Positions 21,705 through 30,273 of a stretch of 64,000 nucleotides of DNA are shown in pieces. The notes under the pieces are model-generated. The model had not been told where the DNA came from, made no database searches, and saw only the letters and a program-made list of their open reading frames with translations. The position numbers and the translations under genes are program-made. Every line of letters starts with the position of its first letter. Positions within the stretch are counted from its first letter, which is position 1. The stretch spans positions 15,278 through 79,277 of the forward strand of contig JBGUWZ010000012.1 of the NCBI GenBank assembly GCA_045221675.1, in the 5' to 3' direction. The DNA comes from Lachnospiraceae bacterium. GTDB taxonomy: Bacteria > Bacillota > Clostridia > Lachnospirales > Lachnospiraceae.

Positions 21705-21760
21705 GTATGGAGCTTAGTCGTGGAGCTTAGCCATGGAGCTGAACCGTGGATCTTAGCCGT
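21705..21760. repeat. 13-bp tandem repeat x4, consensus TGGAGCTTAGCCG
   Basis: TGG starts at 21708, 21721, 21734, 21747. Confidence 0.85.
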
Positions 21761-21763
21761 CGT

Positions 21764-22309
21764 GACAGTTCATTTCCTGCTTCTTGTATTCTCTACTGCC
21801 ACCCGGACAGTAGAATGAGCGGGTTGTCTCTTTTATACTGTCGGCCACGAAGTCGGTCAACAGTTCATAGGCACTTTTTTTGATTTACTACTGCTAAGGC
21901 AGCAATAAGTGACAGTACCAAGAGTAAAAAGTTATTTCCCTACTGCTAGTTTAAAACTTGATTTTTGTAAACTGACAGTAGTAAACGTAAAAGCTTTCTA
22001 TAACACTGCAATTTTTATCGTTTCTCACTGCTTTATGACAGTCGAATAAGCTCATACCAGCCCAGGCGACTGCAATTTTCATTAGAATTCACTCAGAAAT
22101 AGCAGTAGCAAGAACCATTTCCGGATTCACTACTGTCACATCCAATAAAAATGTCAAAAACGGCAGTAAGAACTCTTCTTTCCGGATTCTCGACTGTAGT
22201 CAATTCACCAATCGGCAGTTGAAATATTTCCCTCTGTTTCCTTGACAAGGGAAGGGGGTCGCAGTCAGCATTCGACAGTATAAGATCAAAATGACTTTTC
22301 TCATCTGTC
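21764..22309. repeat. Array of inverted-repeat sites RCAGT-N25-ACTGY (8 clear, 2 degenerate)
   Basis: CAGT at 21766, 21808, 21861, 21913, 21976, 22039, 22103, 22164, each with ACTG 29 bp later (30 for 22039); degenerate sites at 22216 and 22276. Confidence 0.85.
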
Positions 22310-22568
22310 ACTCCCAGTAGTGCCGCCTCCGATTCTTTTTATAGCGAAGCTCCCGGGAATATTTTCCCTCATCGGGATCTATGTTCATCCTGTGCGGATC
22401 CGGGTCATCTTCATACCGCCAGACGAAACCGCCGTCTGTCTTTCTCTCACGCCGACATACGCTGGATATATGCGTAATGTTGTAGATAGCCTGCGGCTCC
22501 CTTATTGTCCTGTATCTCTGGATTTCCTCCATGTTCTGTGTGTACTGAACGACTCTCTTTTCCTTCAT
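22308..22568 (-). CDS. Stand-alone NUMOD1-domain DNA-binding protein
   Basis: KRVVQY...RYRTIRE...HISSVCRRERKTDGGFVWRY fits the NUMOD1/IENR1 pattern; GAAAGGA RBS. Confidence 0.75.
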   Translation of the reverse strand: MKEKRVVQYTQNMEEIQRYRTIREPQAIYNITHISSVCRRERKTDGGFVWRYEDDPDPHRMNIDPDEGKYSRELRYKKNRRRHYWE

Positions 22569-22650
22569 ATCTCTCTTCCTTTCTGATGTTATATCTAAGC
22601 ATGTGGTTTTTCATTCAGAAGAATCCTCCATGTTTATTTAAAAATTAATA

Positions 22651-22692
22651 TCCCCCACCTTCTAAGCGGCTGGGTATTCCCCCACTGAGATA
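22651..22692. repeat. Internally shortened copy of the 10.3 kb hairpin element
   Basis: CCCCCACCTTCTAAGCGGCTGGGTA-T-TCCCCCACTGAGATA versus CCCCCACCTTTAGGCGGTGGGTA-N28-TCCCCCACTGAGATA. Confidence 0.7.
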
Positions 22693-22766
22693 AAAAAAAG
22701 ACACCTCCGGGTGCCTAAGTCGATCCGCCGCCTGCGCAAGGTTCAGGCGGCCTTATAAAACGCGTC

Positions 22767-22795
22767 AAAAAGGGTGTGGAATCTCTTCCACACCC
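22767..22795 (-). terminator. Intrinsic terminator downstream of the aldose epimerase gene
   Basis: GGGTGTGGAA-GAGA-TTCCACACCC followed by TTTTT on the minus strand. Confidence 0.75.
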
Positions 22796-22880
22796 GAAGT
22801 ATACGTCGCTTGCAGCGGGGATGCAAATGTTTTTACATTCCCGCCCTAAAGTCCATAATATTCTGCCATTTTAATGGTAA

Positions 22881-22980
22881 TTTCTTCTCATGAAAGTAAA
22901 ACTCTTATCTTGAGAATCAATCTCTTGTCTTGACAATCAATCTCTTATCATGACAATTATTCTCTCATCATGAGAAAGTG
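22881..22980. repeat. 20-bp tandem repeat x5 with palindromic core (TTGTCATGACAA-like)
   Basis: Units start at 22881, 22901, 22921, 22941, 22961; the last overlaps the epimerase stop codon. Confidence 0.85.
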
Positions 22981-23849
22981 ATTGTGTAGGATGCCTCAAA
23001 GTTCTCCCCGGCAGCCAGACTCTGCTCATAGTCGCGCTCCGGCAGCTCGCCCTCGAAATATGTCTTGTCAGCACGGCCGTACCACGGCTCTAGGCACACG
23101 AACGGAGCCTCCGGTTTCGGGGACCAGACGCCGAACAGCGGAGCCGTAAAGTCCACTGTGACGAACGGAGCCTTCTCCGGATCAAGGAGCACCAGCTTGT
23201 GCGCCTGGTCCTTCTCGACGATCAGTGTGTCGATGTCGAAAAGGTCGTCCGTGATCTTAAGCATTCCGTCATCCAGTTCATAGGGACGAATCTCGTCTGT
23301 AAGACCGCCAAGAACAAGATCTTTGATCGATACGTCAAGAGTATCCTTCGTGTCGAAGCCGAGATAGCACTCATTCTTCTTGTCCCCGCTGCCCATGGCA
23401 GGTGTGTTAAAGGCAGGATGTGCGCCAATCTGGAAATACATGTCCTGATCACCTGTATTGAATACCTTCCAGATGACCTTGAGCGTTCTGCCCGAAAGAA
23501 CATAGCCGACCTCAAGTCTGAACTTGAACGGATAAACAGCAAGCGTATCCGCGCTGTCACAGAGCGCAAATCCAATGTCCGCGCCTTCGACCGCAGCCTC
23601 CTCGAATTCGCTTCTTCTTGCAAATCCATGCTGCTTCATCTCATAGGTCTTCCCCGCATAGCGGAACTTGTCGTAGGCTACATTGCCTACGATCGGGAAG
23701 AGGACCGGCGACGTCCATCCCCAGAAGGCCGGGTCTGCCTGCCACATATATTCGCGCCCGGTCTCATTGTCGAGAACAGAACGAATCTCAGCGCCGCGTG
23801 AGCTGATCTTCACAGCAAGTTCGTCATTTTTAAGAAAGAATTCTGCCAT
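22968..23849 (-). CDS. Aldose 1-epimerase family protein (LacX-like)
   Basis: GAEIRS, WQADPAFWG, SPVLFPIVG, HGFAR, GAHPAF, FVCLEPW. Confidence 0.9.
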   Translation of the reverse strand: MAEFFLKNDELAVKISSRGAEIRSVLDNETGREYMWQADPAFWGWTSPVLFPIVGNVAYDKFRYAGKTYEMKQHGFARRSEFEEAAVEGADIGFALCDSADTLAVYPFKFRLEVGYVLSGRTLKVIWKVFNTGDQDMYFQIGAHPAFNTPAMGSGDKKNECYLGFDTKDTLDVSIKDLVLGGLTDEIRPYELDDGMLKITDDLFDIDTLIVEKDQAHKLVLLDPEKAPFVTVDFTAPLFGVWSPKPEAPFVCLEPWYGRADKTYFEGELPERDYEQSLAAGENFEASYTITFS

Positions 23850-23928
23850 CGTGTAAACCTCCTTATGCTTAAGGTCAGGCAGCCTCATCTCGGCTGCGCT
23901 CCAATATGTACAATTCATTCTCTGCGGA

Positions 23929-24528
23929 TCATTGATCGTGATCCAGTCTCATCCTGACCTGGCTCGTCTTTTTTCTGATCCTCTGAATCGCGTTGTCAAT
24001 TGATTTCGGAGACCGGTCCATAATCTCCGCGATCTCCCTGTAGCTGTAACCGCGAAGCATCAGATTAAAGACCACCTTTTCCGTGCGGCTCAAGGCGTCG
24101 AGTATAAGACTGATTGTCTCATCGGCATTTTCCTGATCGAGAAAAATCTGCTCCGGATTTTCGTCTCCGGTCACAGAATACTTATCCAGCTCTTCCTCCT
24201 CGTAGGCTACCGCGTCATTCAAAGCAAACCGTTTCTGCCGCTGTGATGCCTCAATAGCCTTGTAGAGCTGGCGGTCGATGCACAGCTGGGCAAATGTGAA
24301 GAAGGAAGCCCCCTTTTCATTGGCTGGATCATAATCCCGCACAGCCTTGTAGAGCCCGATCATGCCCTCCTGTATGAGATCATCCGGATCCCCGCCTTTA
24401 AGGAACTTTGTTGCCGCCCGGCTTTTGACAAGCGGCTTATATTTTTCGAGGAGATAGTCCATGTAGTCCGAGTGTCCGTTCCGGATCTCATAAATGAGCT
24501 CCTCATCGGACAGAGGCTTTTGGGGCAT
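23929..24528 (-). CDS. sigH: SigH-like sigma-70 family factor
   Basis: DLIQEGMIGLYKAVRDY, SPKSIDNAIQRI; canonical position after rlmB. Confidence 0.82.
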   Translation of the reverse strand: MPQKPLSDEELIYEIRNGHSDYMDYLLEKYKPLVKSRAATKFLKGGDPDDLIQEGMIGLYKAVRDYDPANEKGASFFTFAQLCIDRQLYKAIEASQRQKRFALNDAVAYEEEELDKYSVTGDENPEQIFLDQENADETISLILDALSRTEKVVFNLMLRGYSYREIAEIMDRSPKSIDNAIQRIRKKTSQVRMRLDHDQ

Positions 24529-24529
24529 G

Positions 24530-25300
24530 TCAGATACCTCTCTGTCTTACGATTTCATACATCAGAACACCCGCTGCCACCGACGCGTTGAGGGAGTCGA
24601 TCGCGCCCTTCATCGGAATGGCTGCGGTAAAGTCGCACTTCTCTTTGACCAGACGTCCGGCTCCTTCTCCCTCGGAACCCACGACAAGACCGATCGGTCC
24701 CTTAAGATCCAGGTCGTACATGACTTTTCCGCCCATATCGGCACAGACGAACCAGATGCCCTTTTCCTTGAGTTTGTCGATCGTCGCACCTATGTTGACG
24801 ACTCTGGCGACAGGCACATAGTTCACAGCGCCGGCCGACGCACGTACCGCTACCGGGGTGAGACCGGCCGCTCTGCGCTTCTGGATAATGACCCCGTGTG
24901 CCCCCGCAAGGCAGGCTGTACGGATGATAGCGCCGAGATTATGCGGATCCTGAATACCGTCGAGCACGATGATAAACGGCGGCTCCCCGGCATCCTCGGC
25001 CTTCTTCAATATATCCTCAACTTCCGCGTATTCAAATGCAGCCGCCTGCGCGATTACGCCCTGATGATGTCCCGTCTCGGACATCTCGTTAAGTCTCTCT
25101 TTGGTCACATAATTAATGATGGTCCCGGCCTTTTTGGCCTCCCTGAGCACCGTGTTCACAGGACCGTCGTGCAGACCCTCCTGCACAAAAAGTTTATCGA
25201 TCGTTCTCCCTGACCGATAAGCCTCAATGACGCTGTTCCTTCCCTCGATCCTTGCGTCCGGGATGTAATCCGGATCGTTCTTTGCTTCTTTCCTGCCCAT
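24530..25300 (-). CDS. rlmB: 23S rRNA (Gm2251) methyltransferase
   Basis: IEGRN, HQGVIA, DPHNLGAIIRTA, GSEGEG, SLNASVAAG. Confidence 0.93.
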   Translation of the reverse strand: MGRKEAKNDPDYIPDARIEGRNSVIEAYRSGRTIDKLFVQEGLHDGPVNTVLREAKKAGTIINYVTKERLNEMSETGHHQGVIAQAAAFEYAEVEDILKKAEDAGEPPFIIVLDGIQDPHNLGAIIRTACLAGAHGVIIQKRRAAGLTPVAVRASAGAVNYVPVARVVNIGATIDKLKEKGIWFVCADMGGKVMYDLDLKGPIGLVVGSEGEGAGRLVKEKCDFTAAIPMKGAIDSLNASVAAGVLMYEIVRQRGI

Positions 25301-25304
25301 ATGG

Positions 25305-25790
25305 TTAATTGTTCTCCCGTTCATATGTAATTCCGATGCGTACGATCTCGACAAGCCTTCTCATCTGTCCGGACAGGTACAGATACCCGACTAAAGCTTC
25401 AAAGCCGGTAGCCCTGCGGTAATCCGTCACAGTCGCGTTCTTGGCCATCGTATGAGATTTCGCGTTCCTGCCCCGCCGGTAGATATCGCTCTCCTCCTTA
25501 GTGAGGCATGCTTCAATGGCCTCCATCGCCTCCGACTGCGCTCTGGCTCTGGCAAGGGCCGACGAAGCCCTGTTGAGCTCATTAGGCCGCCGCTCAGCTT
25601 CCCTGACAAGCATGGTCCTAACGAGCAGCTCGTACACAGCGTCACCGACAAATGCAAGCGTGAGCGGCGCGTAGGCCGCGGCTTCGGCGCAGCTCTCCCC
25701 GGGAAGCAGGGGCAAATTTCCCTCCGCCGCGAGCATTTGCTCATCTATAAGTAAAATATCCGTCTTGTCTTCCGGATTCATAAACTCCAA
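25305..25790 (-). CDS. mrnC: Mini-ribonuclease III
   Basis: LAFVGDAVYEL, RRGRNA, YRRATGFEALVGYLYL. Confidence 0.93.
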   Translation of the reverse strand: MEFMNPEDKTDILLIDEQMLAAEGNLPLLPGESCAEAAAYAPLTLAFVGDAVYELLVRTMLVREAERRPNELNRASSALARARAQSEAMEAIEACLTKEESDIYRRGRNAKSHTMAKNATVTDYRRATGFEALVGYLYLSGQMRRLVEIVRIGITYERENN

Positions 25791-25822
25791 TTCCTCATAC
25801 CAATCAGACTGCGCAGCGAATA

Positions 25823-26623
25823 TCAGATATAATCTGCAAATACGCAGTCGTCTATTTCTTCATAATCCCGCTCGGCTTCAGGCTGAATCTTTATAGTCTT
25901 CTTCTCTCTGAGATAATCGGACTCGCAGAAGCGCTCATCACCCGGCATGGCACCTCTCTTCTCAGTCGCAAGCCGCCTGATTTCTTCCTCAACTGCCAGC
26001 ATGCGGTTGATGAGCTCGGTGTTGACTCTCTCGAGCACCTTCATATCCTGCAGAATCGGGTCCGGAAGGTGGATCTGATCAATATCATCCCTCGGTACGA
26101 CCTGATTCTTCATGCGGACAACACGTCCCGGTACACCTACTACCGTGCAGTTCGGCGGGACGGACTTCAGGACGACGGAACCCGCGCCGATCTTAGAGTT
26201 CGCGCCGATCGTGATGGAGCCGAGAACTTTGGCCCCGGCCGAGACCATTACGCCGTCCTCCAGAGTAGGGTGACGCTTACCCTGTTCCTTGCCTGTACCT
26301 CCGAGAGTAACACCCTGATATAAAGTGCAGTTATCCCCGATGATCGTCGTCTCTCCGATGACGACTCCGGTCCCGTGGTCGATGAACAGGCCCTTTCCTA
26401 TAGTTGCGCCGGGATGAATCTCAATACCGGTCTTTCTGGCAGCTCGCTGAGAGATCAGTCTTGCGCTCCAGTGATGACCTGCGTTCCACAGCTTATTCGC
26501 TTTTCTGTATGATCTCAGGGCATGGTAACAGGGGTACAGAAGAACATCCCAGTAGGTCCTGATCGCCGGATCCCGCTCTCTGTAGATCACATATGTCTCT
26601 TTCAATTCTTTGTACCAGCCCAT
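25823..26623 (-). CDS. cysE: Serine O-acetyltransferase
   Basis: RDPA, GIEIHPGATIG, FIDHGTGVVIGET, GGTGKEQGKRHP. Confidence 0.95.
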   Translation of the reverse strand: MGWYKELKETYVIYRERDPAIRTYWDVLLYPCYHALRSYRKANKLWNAGHHWSARLISQRAARKTGIEIHPGATIGKGLFIDHGTGVVIGETTIIGDNCTLYQGVTLGGTGKEQGKRHPTLEDGVMVSAGAKVLGSITIGANSKIGAGSVVLKSVPPNCTVVGVPGRVVRMKNQVVPRDDIDQIHLPDPILQDMKVLERVNTELINRMLAVEEEIRRLATEKRGAMPGDERFCESDYLREKKTIKIQPEAERDYEEIDDCVFADYI

Positions 26624-26755
26624 ACTTTATCCTCCCCGGATTATTATTCATCTCCCAAAACTTCCACACCCGGTTCCAAAATGAAGTCTCATCGCATAAT
26701 ATTTTTTGATTTCGACATGCTTTTATGTTCAATATGTGAAAGTGTTTATTCATGA

Positions 26756-27229
26756 TCAGCCGTCAATCAGCGCGACCGCCTGGGCAGAAATGCCCAGACC
26801 CTCGCCGGTAAAACCGAGCTTTTCCTCCGTCGTGGCCTTAACGTTCACGCACCGGACAGGGATTTCCAGCGCATCGGCAATATTTTTCCGCATCATGTCA
26901 ATGTGCGGCCTCATTTTCGGAGCCTGGGCGATGACCGTCGCATCCACGTTGTGAATGGTGAAACCGCCGCCTGCAAGTTTTGCCCTCACTGCGCGGAGCA
27001 GCATGAGCGAATCCGCGCCCTCATATTCTTTGGCGGTGTCCGGGAAATGAAGACCGATATCCCCCATGGCCGCCGCTCCGAGCAGCGCGTCCATGATCGC
27101 ATGGAGCAGAACGTCAGCGTCGGAGTGTCCGAGCAGCCCCTTCTCATAGGGAATGTCGACACCTCCGATAATAAGTTTTCTCCCCTCGACAAGTCTGTGA
27201 ACATCATATCCGCTTCCGACTCTGATCAT
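26756..27229 (-). CDS. ispF: 2-C-methyl-D-erythritol 2,4-cyclodiphosphate synthase
   Basis: [36 protein letters not shown]. Confidence 0.96.
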   Translation of the reverse strand: MIRVGSGYDVHRLVEGRKLIIGGVDIPYEKGLLGHSDADVLLHAIMDALLGAAAMGDIGLHFPDTAKEYEGADSLMLLRAVRAKLAGGGFTIHNVDATVIAQAPKMRPHIDMMRKNIADALEIPVRCVNVKATTEEKLGFTGEGLGISAQAVALIDG

Positions 27230-27330
27230 TTGCTCCTCCTTAAGGCGCGCTTTGGCACGCTTTCCATTATCCTGCGTTTAATAAGACAGTTCTTTGCACA
27301 TTATATCAGAATCAGCCTCTGAAATATAGT

Positions 27331-27867
27331 TCAACCGGTAAAATCCGAGAGCTTCTTTTCCACCGCAGCCTTGATAGAGGGCTGTACGGAGTATACTGTG
27401 TCCGGCTCCCCCTCATACAGAGCGTAGACCGAGCCGGCGGTCTCGTTATTATCGCCGATCAGGACTGTGGTCACGGTTCCGTCCCGGTCAGTCACCGAGA
27501 TTCTGTAAGCCGGAGCGTCGAGCCCGTAGGGGGCAAGGTCCCTGACATCAGGGATCACCTGATATATCGAGACACCTGTCATGCCCGATGCGAGGAGGTT
27601 GGCTTTCTCCTGGTCTACCGTAATCGATTCGTCGTACTCGTACTTCCACTCTCCGTCCTCTCTTGCAAATGCAAGCTTCTCACCCGCAGAGGTCTCCCAC
27701 TCGATTCTCACGATTTTGTTCGCCGTCAGATCAATCAGTGTGTCATAATGTACTTTCTGCTCTTCCTCATAGGCTGCCGAGCGGCTTTTCACAAGAAAGA
27801 AAACCCCTGCAAGAACGCAAAGAACGCCAAGCGCAAAGAGGAGTACAGTTATTTTTTTCTTCATCAT
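27331..27867 (-). CDS. DUF4340-type membrane-anchored protein of the GldG ABC cluster
   Basis: N-terminal TM, YGLDAP, LIGD motifs; last gene of the ABC/GldG operon. Confidence 0.65.
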   Translation of the reverse strand: MMKKKITVLLFALGVLCVLAGVFFLVKSRSAAYEEEQKVHYDTLIDLTANKIVRIEWETSAGEKLAFAREDGEWKYEYDESITVDQEKANLLASGMTGVSIYQVIPDVRDLAPYGLDAPAYRISVTDRDGTVTTVLIGDNNETAGSVYALYEGEPDTVYSVQPSIKAAVEKKLSDFTG

Positions 27868-27918
27868 TGTTTCTCCACAAAAGATAACACGCAGTCTCTG
27901 CCGCGTGTTATCAAAATC

Positions 27919-29397
27919 TTATCTTCTGCGTCTCCTGACAGTCACCGCGATTCCCGCAATAAGAACCGCAGCCGGAAGGCCGAACATAAGCGCGTTACCG
28001 ATCAGCGTCTCTTTCCCTTCTGATACAGTCAGCGTCGGCTCATCCATCGACTTTGCTTCGATCGACACTGTCATTTCCTTATCCGTGAGGTAGGTGACAG
28101 AGTCGGCAAAAAGCTTCATGTTGCCGGCCGGCATCTCCGCGTACATCTGAAGCAGGGAGGACAGGGCATCCGAGCTGAAAAGACACGGGGACGTATAGTA
28201 GAGGATCTTCGTGATTCCGCTGCTCTCTGTCTTTGTTTCTTTGTCATCGCCCTCAAGGTCAATATCAGCTTCCCCGAAAGATCCGACTGAGCGGGTCTCC
28301 TCGATCTGGACTGCCAATGTAAACGGACCTTCCGTATCTCCGCTCTCTTTTTCCATCGTCTGCGACATCAGAGATTTACTGAAAGCTTTGGCAGACGTCG
28401 TAAAGAGGGGTGTCGCGACGACATTCAGGTCGTCACTCTCTACAGTCTCTATGCCCTGGGCAAATCCATATAGCAGATTGATCCCCTTGACAGATGCTGT
28501 CACCTGCGACGCGGTCGATGCCACCGGAAGAAGCAGGTACGGTATCTCTGTGTAATAATCCGGATCGCCTTCCATCACGTATCCGTCGACCGCGCTCACT
28601 CCGTAGGACTTAAGAATACCGGCAATATTCGGCATCTCTGTGCTCGTCGCAAGTGTGACAATCAGGGCATGACCGCCATTTTCAAGATACTTTTTGACTT
28701 TCCCGGCCTCATCCGTCGTAAAATCGCTGCCCGGCGCAAATATAATAAGGGCTTCGCAGTCCCCCGGTATCTGGGAGCTGAGCAGATTCAGCTCAGAGGC
28801 TGTTATATTGGCCTTCTCAAGCGTATCCGTCATCTCAGCGGAGAGCGCGATCTCATCGTGTCCGACCGTATAATACACTTTGCCTGAATCTTCCGAGGCG
28901 ACATAGGCGATTGCAGACGTGATCTGCCCCTCCCCGTCAAAGGATGACTTATAGGTCGTGTAATCTTTGATATATATATTGTTGTAATCAATCACTTTTG
29001 ATTTACCGCCGGAAGTGACAATGACGCTTCCTGACGGGACATTTGCATCCGTATACTCTTTCGCAAATGTTGGATCTGCCACAAGATCGACTTTTTTGAC
29101 CTTCACATGGCTTGATGCCGCGTCATAGGATTCGAGCAGCTTTTCAATGCGCTCGTCCTCCGATCCGATCTTCGTGATGAAATTCAGCGTGACATCCTCA
29201 CTGAGGCTCGCAAGTACTTCCCGGGTCGTATCGCCGATCGTGAACAGTTTATTGTAGGACGTATCGAACGTCGTCATGTCCGAAGGCAGCGCTCCCACAA
29301 TAAGATTGACAAGGACGATCCCCGCGATGATGACAGCCGTCAGGACCATCGAGTAGGAACCGTTGGTCAGAGATTTCATATCAATTTTTTTCTTCAT
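27919..29397 (-). CDS. GldG family ABC transporter auxiliary protein
   Basis: N- and C-terminal TMs, FDGEGQITSAI, GHDE motif. Confidence 0.75.
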   Translation of the reverse strand: MKKKIDMKSLTNGSYSMVLTAVIIAGIVLVNLIVGALPSDMTTFDTSYNKLFTIGDTTREVLASLSEDVTLNFITKIGSEDERIEKLLESYDAASSHVKVKKVDLVADPTFAKEYTDANVPSGSVIVTSGGKSKVIDYNNIYIKDYTTYKSSFDGEGQITSAIAYVASEDSGKVYYTVGHDEIALSAEMTDTLEKANITASELNLLSSQIPGDCEALIIFAPGSDFTTDEAGKVKKYLENGGHALIVTLATSTEMPNIAGILKSYGVSAVDGYVMEGDPDYYTEIPYLLLPVASTASQVTASVKGINLLYGFAQGIETVESDDLNVVATPLFTTSAKAFSKSLMSQTMEKESGDTEGPFTLAVQIEETRSVGSFGEADIDLEGDDKETKTESSGITKILYYTSPCLFSSDALSSLLQMYAEMPAGNMKLFADSVTYLTDKEMTVSIEAKSMDEPTLTVSEGKETLIGNALMFGLPAAVLIAGIAVTVRRRRR

Positions 29398-29406
29398 GCA
29401 GCCTCC

Positions 29407-30273
29407 TTACGACCATCTTCTCTTCTGGATCCGCGCTATGGTCAGCACGATGCCGACGATCGACACAGACACAAAATAAAGAAGATCCGGAATACTGAAT
29501 GAACCGTACGCGAACGATTCAAAGTGCGAGAAAAAGTCGAATACCGACAAAATCTTTTCAGACTTGCCACCGAACCAGTCCGGATTTGCCATGAACGCTG
29601 CAAATGCAGCCAGTGCGCACACAAGGATCACCCCCAGCGATGCCCAGTAAAATTTTGTCATCACATAGACCAGGATGCCCAGAAGAACCGCCAGGACGAT
29701 AAAGAATATCAGCGAGGCAAAGTTCGAGGCTGAGACCATAGAGTACGCGTTGTGAATGATCATAGTCACAAACACAAAAAGGATTCCTCCAATCGCGGAG
29801 ATGATCAGGTTGTCCGTCAGCGACGAGATGAACATGCCACAGGAGAGGTACGCGCAGCCCATCGCAAAGAAGACCAGGATTGATAGGTAAGCTGTGCCCA
29901 TCATCTCACCACCCCCGAGAGGGATCAGGATGAGGGGAAGGATGCACATCACAAGAATCGGCACAGCGAACACCGTAATCAGGGCAAAGTACTTGCCCAG
30001 CACTATATCGATAAGCGATACCGGAGCTGTGAGCAGCAGCTGATCGGTCTTCTGCCGGCGCTCGTCCGTGAAGGTGCGCATGGTCAGGACCGGGACGACG
30101 ATATAAAAAATCAGGTTCGAATTAAAAACAGTGTAAACGAGCGACGCCGTGCCGTAGGACAGGTTATAGTACCTGAACATATAGCCGACGACCAGAAGCA
30201 TTACTGCCACCGCGATCGGTCCTGACATTGATGTAGCGTAGCTCTTTATTTCTTTCTTATAAATAGCTCTCAT
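29407..30273 (-). CDS. ABC-2 type permease (GldF-like)
   Basis: AIYKKEIKSY, TMRTFTDERRQKTDQLLLTAP, multiple TMs. Confidence 0.85.
   Translation of the reverse strand: MRAIYKKEIKSYATSMSGPIAVAVMLLVVGYMFRYYNLSYGTASLVYTVFNSNLIFYIVVPVLTMRTFTDERRQKTDQLLLTAPVSLIDIVLGKYFALITVFAVPILVMCILPLILIPLGGGEMMGTAYLSILVFFAMGCAYLSCGMFISSLTDNLIISAIGGILFVFVTMIIHNAYSMVSASNFASLIFFIVLAVLLGILVYVMTKFYWASLGVILVCALAAFAAFMANPDWFGGKSEKILSVFDFFSHFESFAYGSFSIPDLLYFVSVSIVGIVLTIARIQKRRWS

Noticed and set aside
21764-22309. Phased array read as a CRISPR or TIGR array
   Set aside because: No 25-40 nt direct repeat, no box C/D-like motifs, variable unit length, and no cas or Nop-domain gene adjacent
22901-22915. CTTATCTTGA resembling the pC194-family rolling-circle nick site
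   Set aside because: The following bases differ (GAA, not TA), it is one unit of a tandem repeat, and no Rep gene is present
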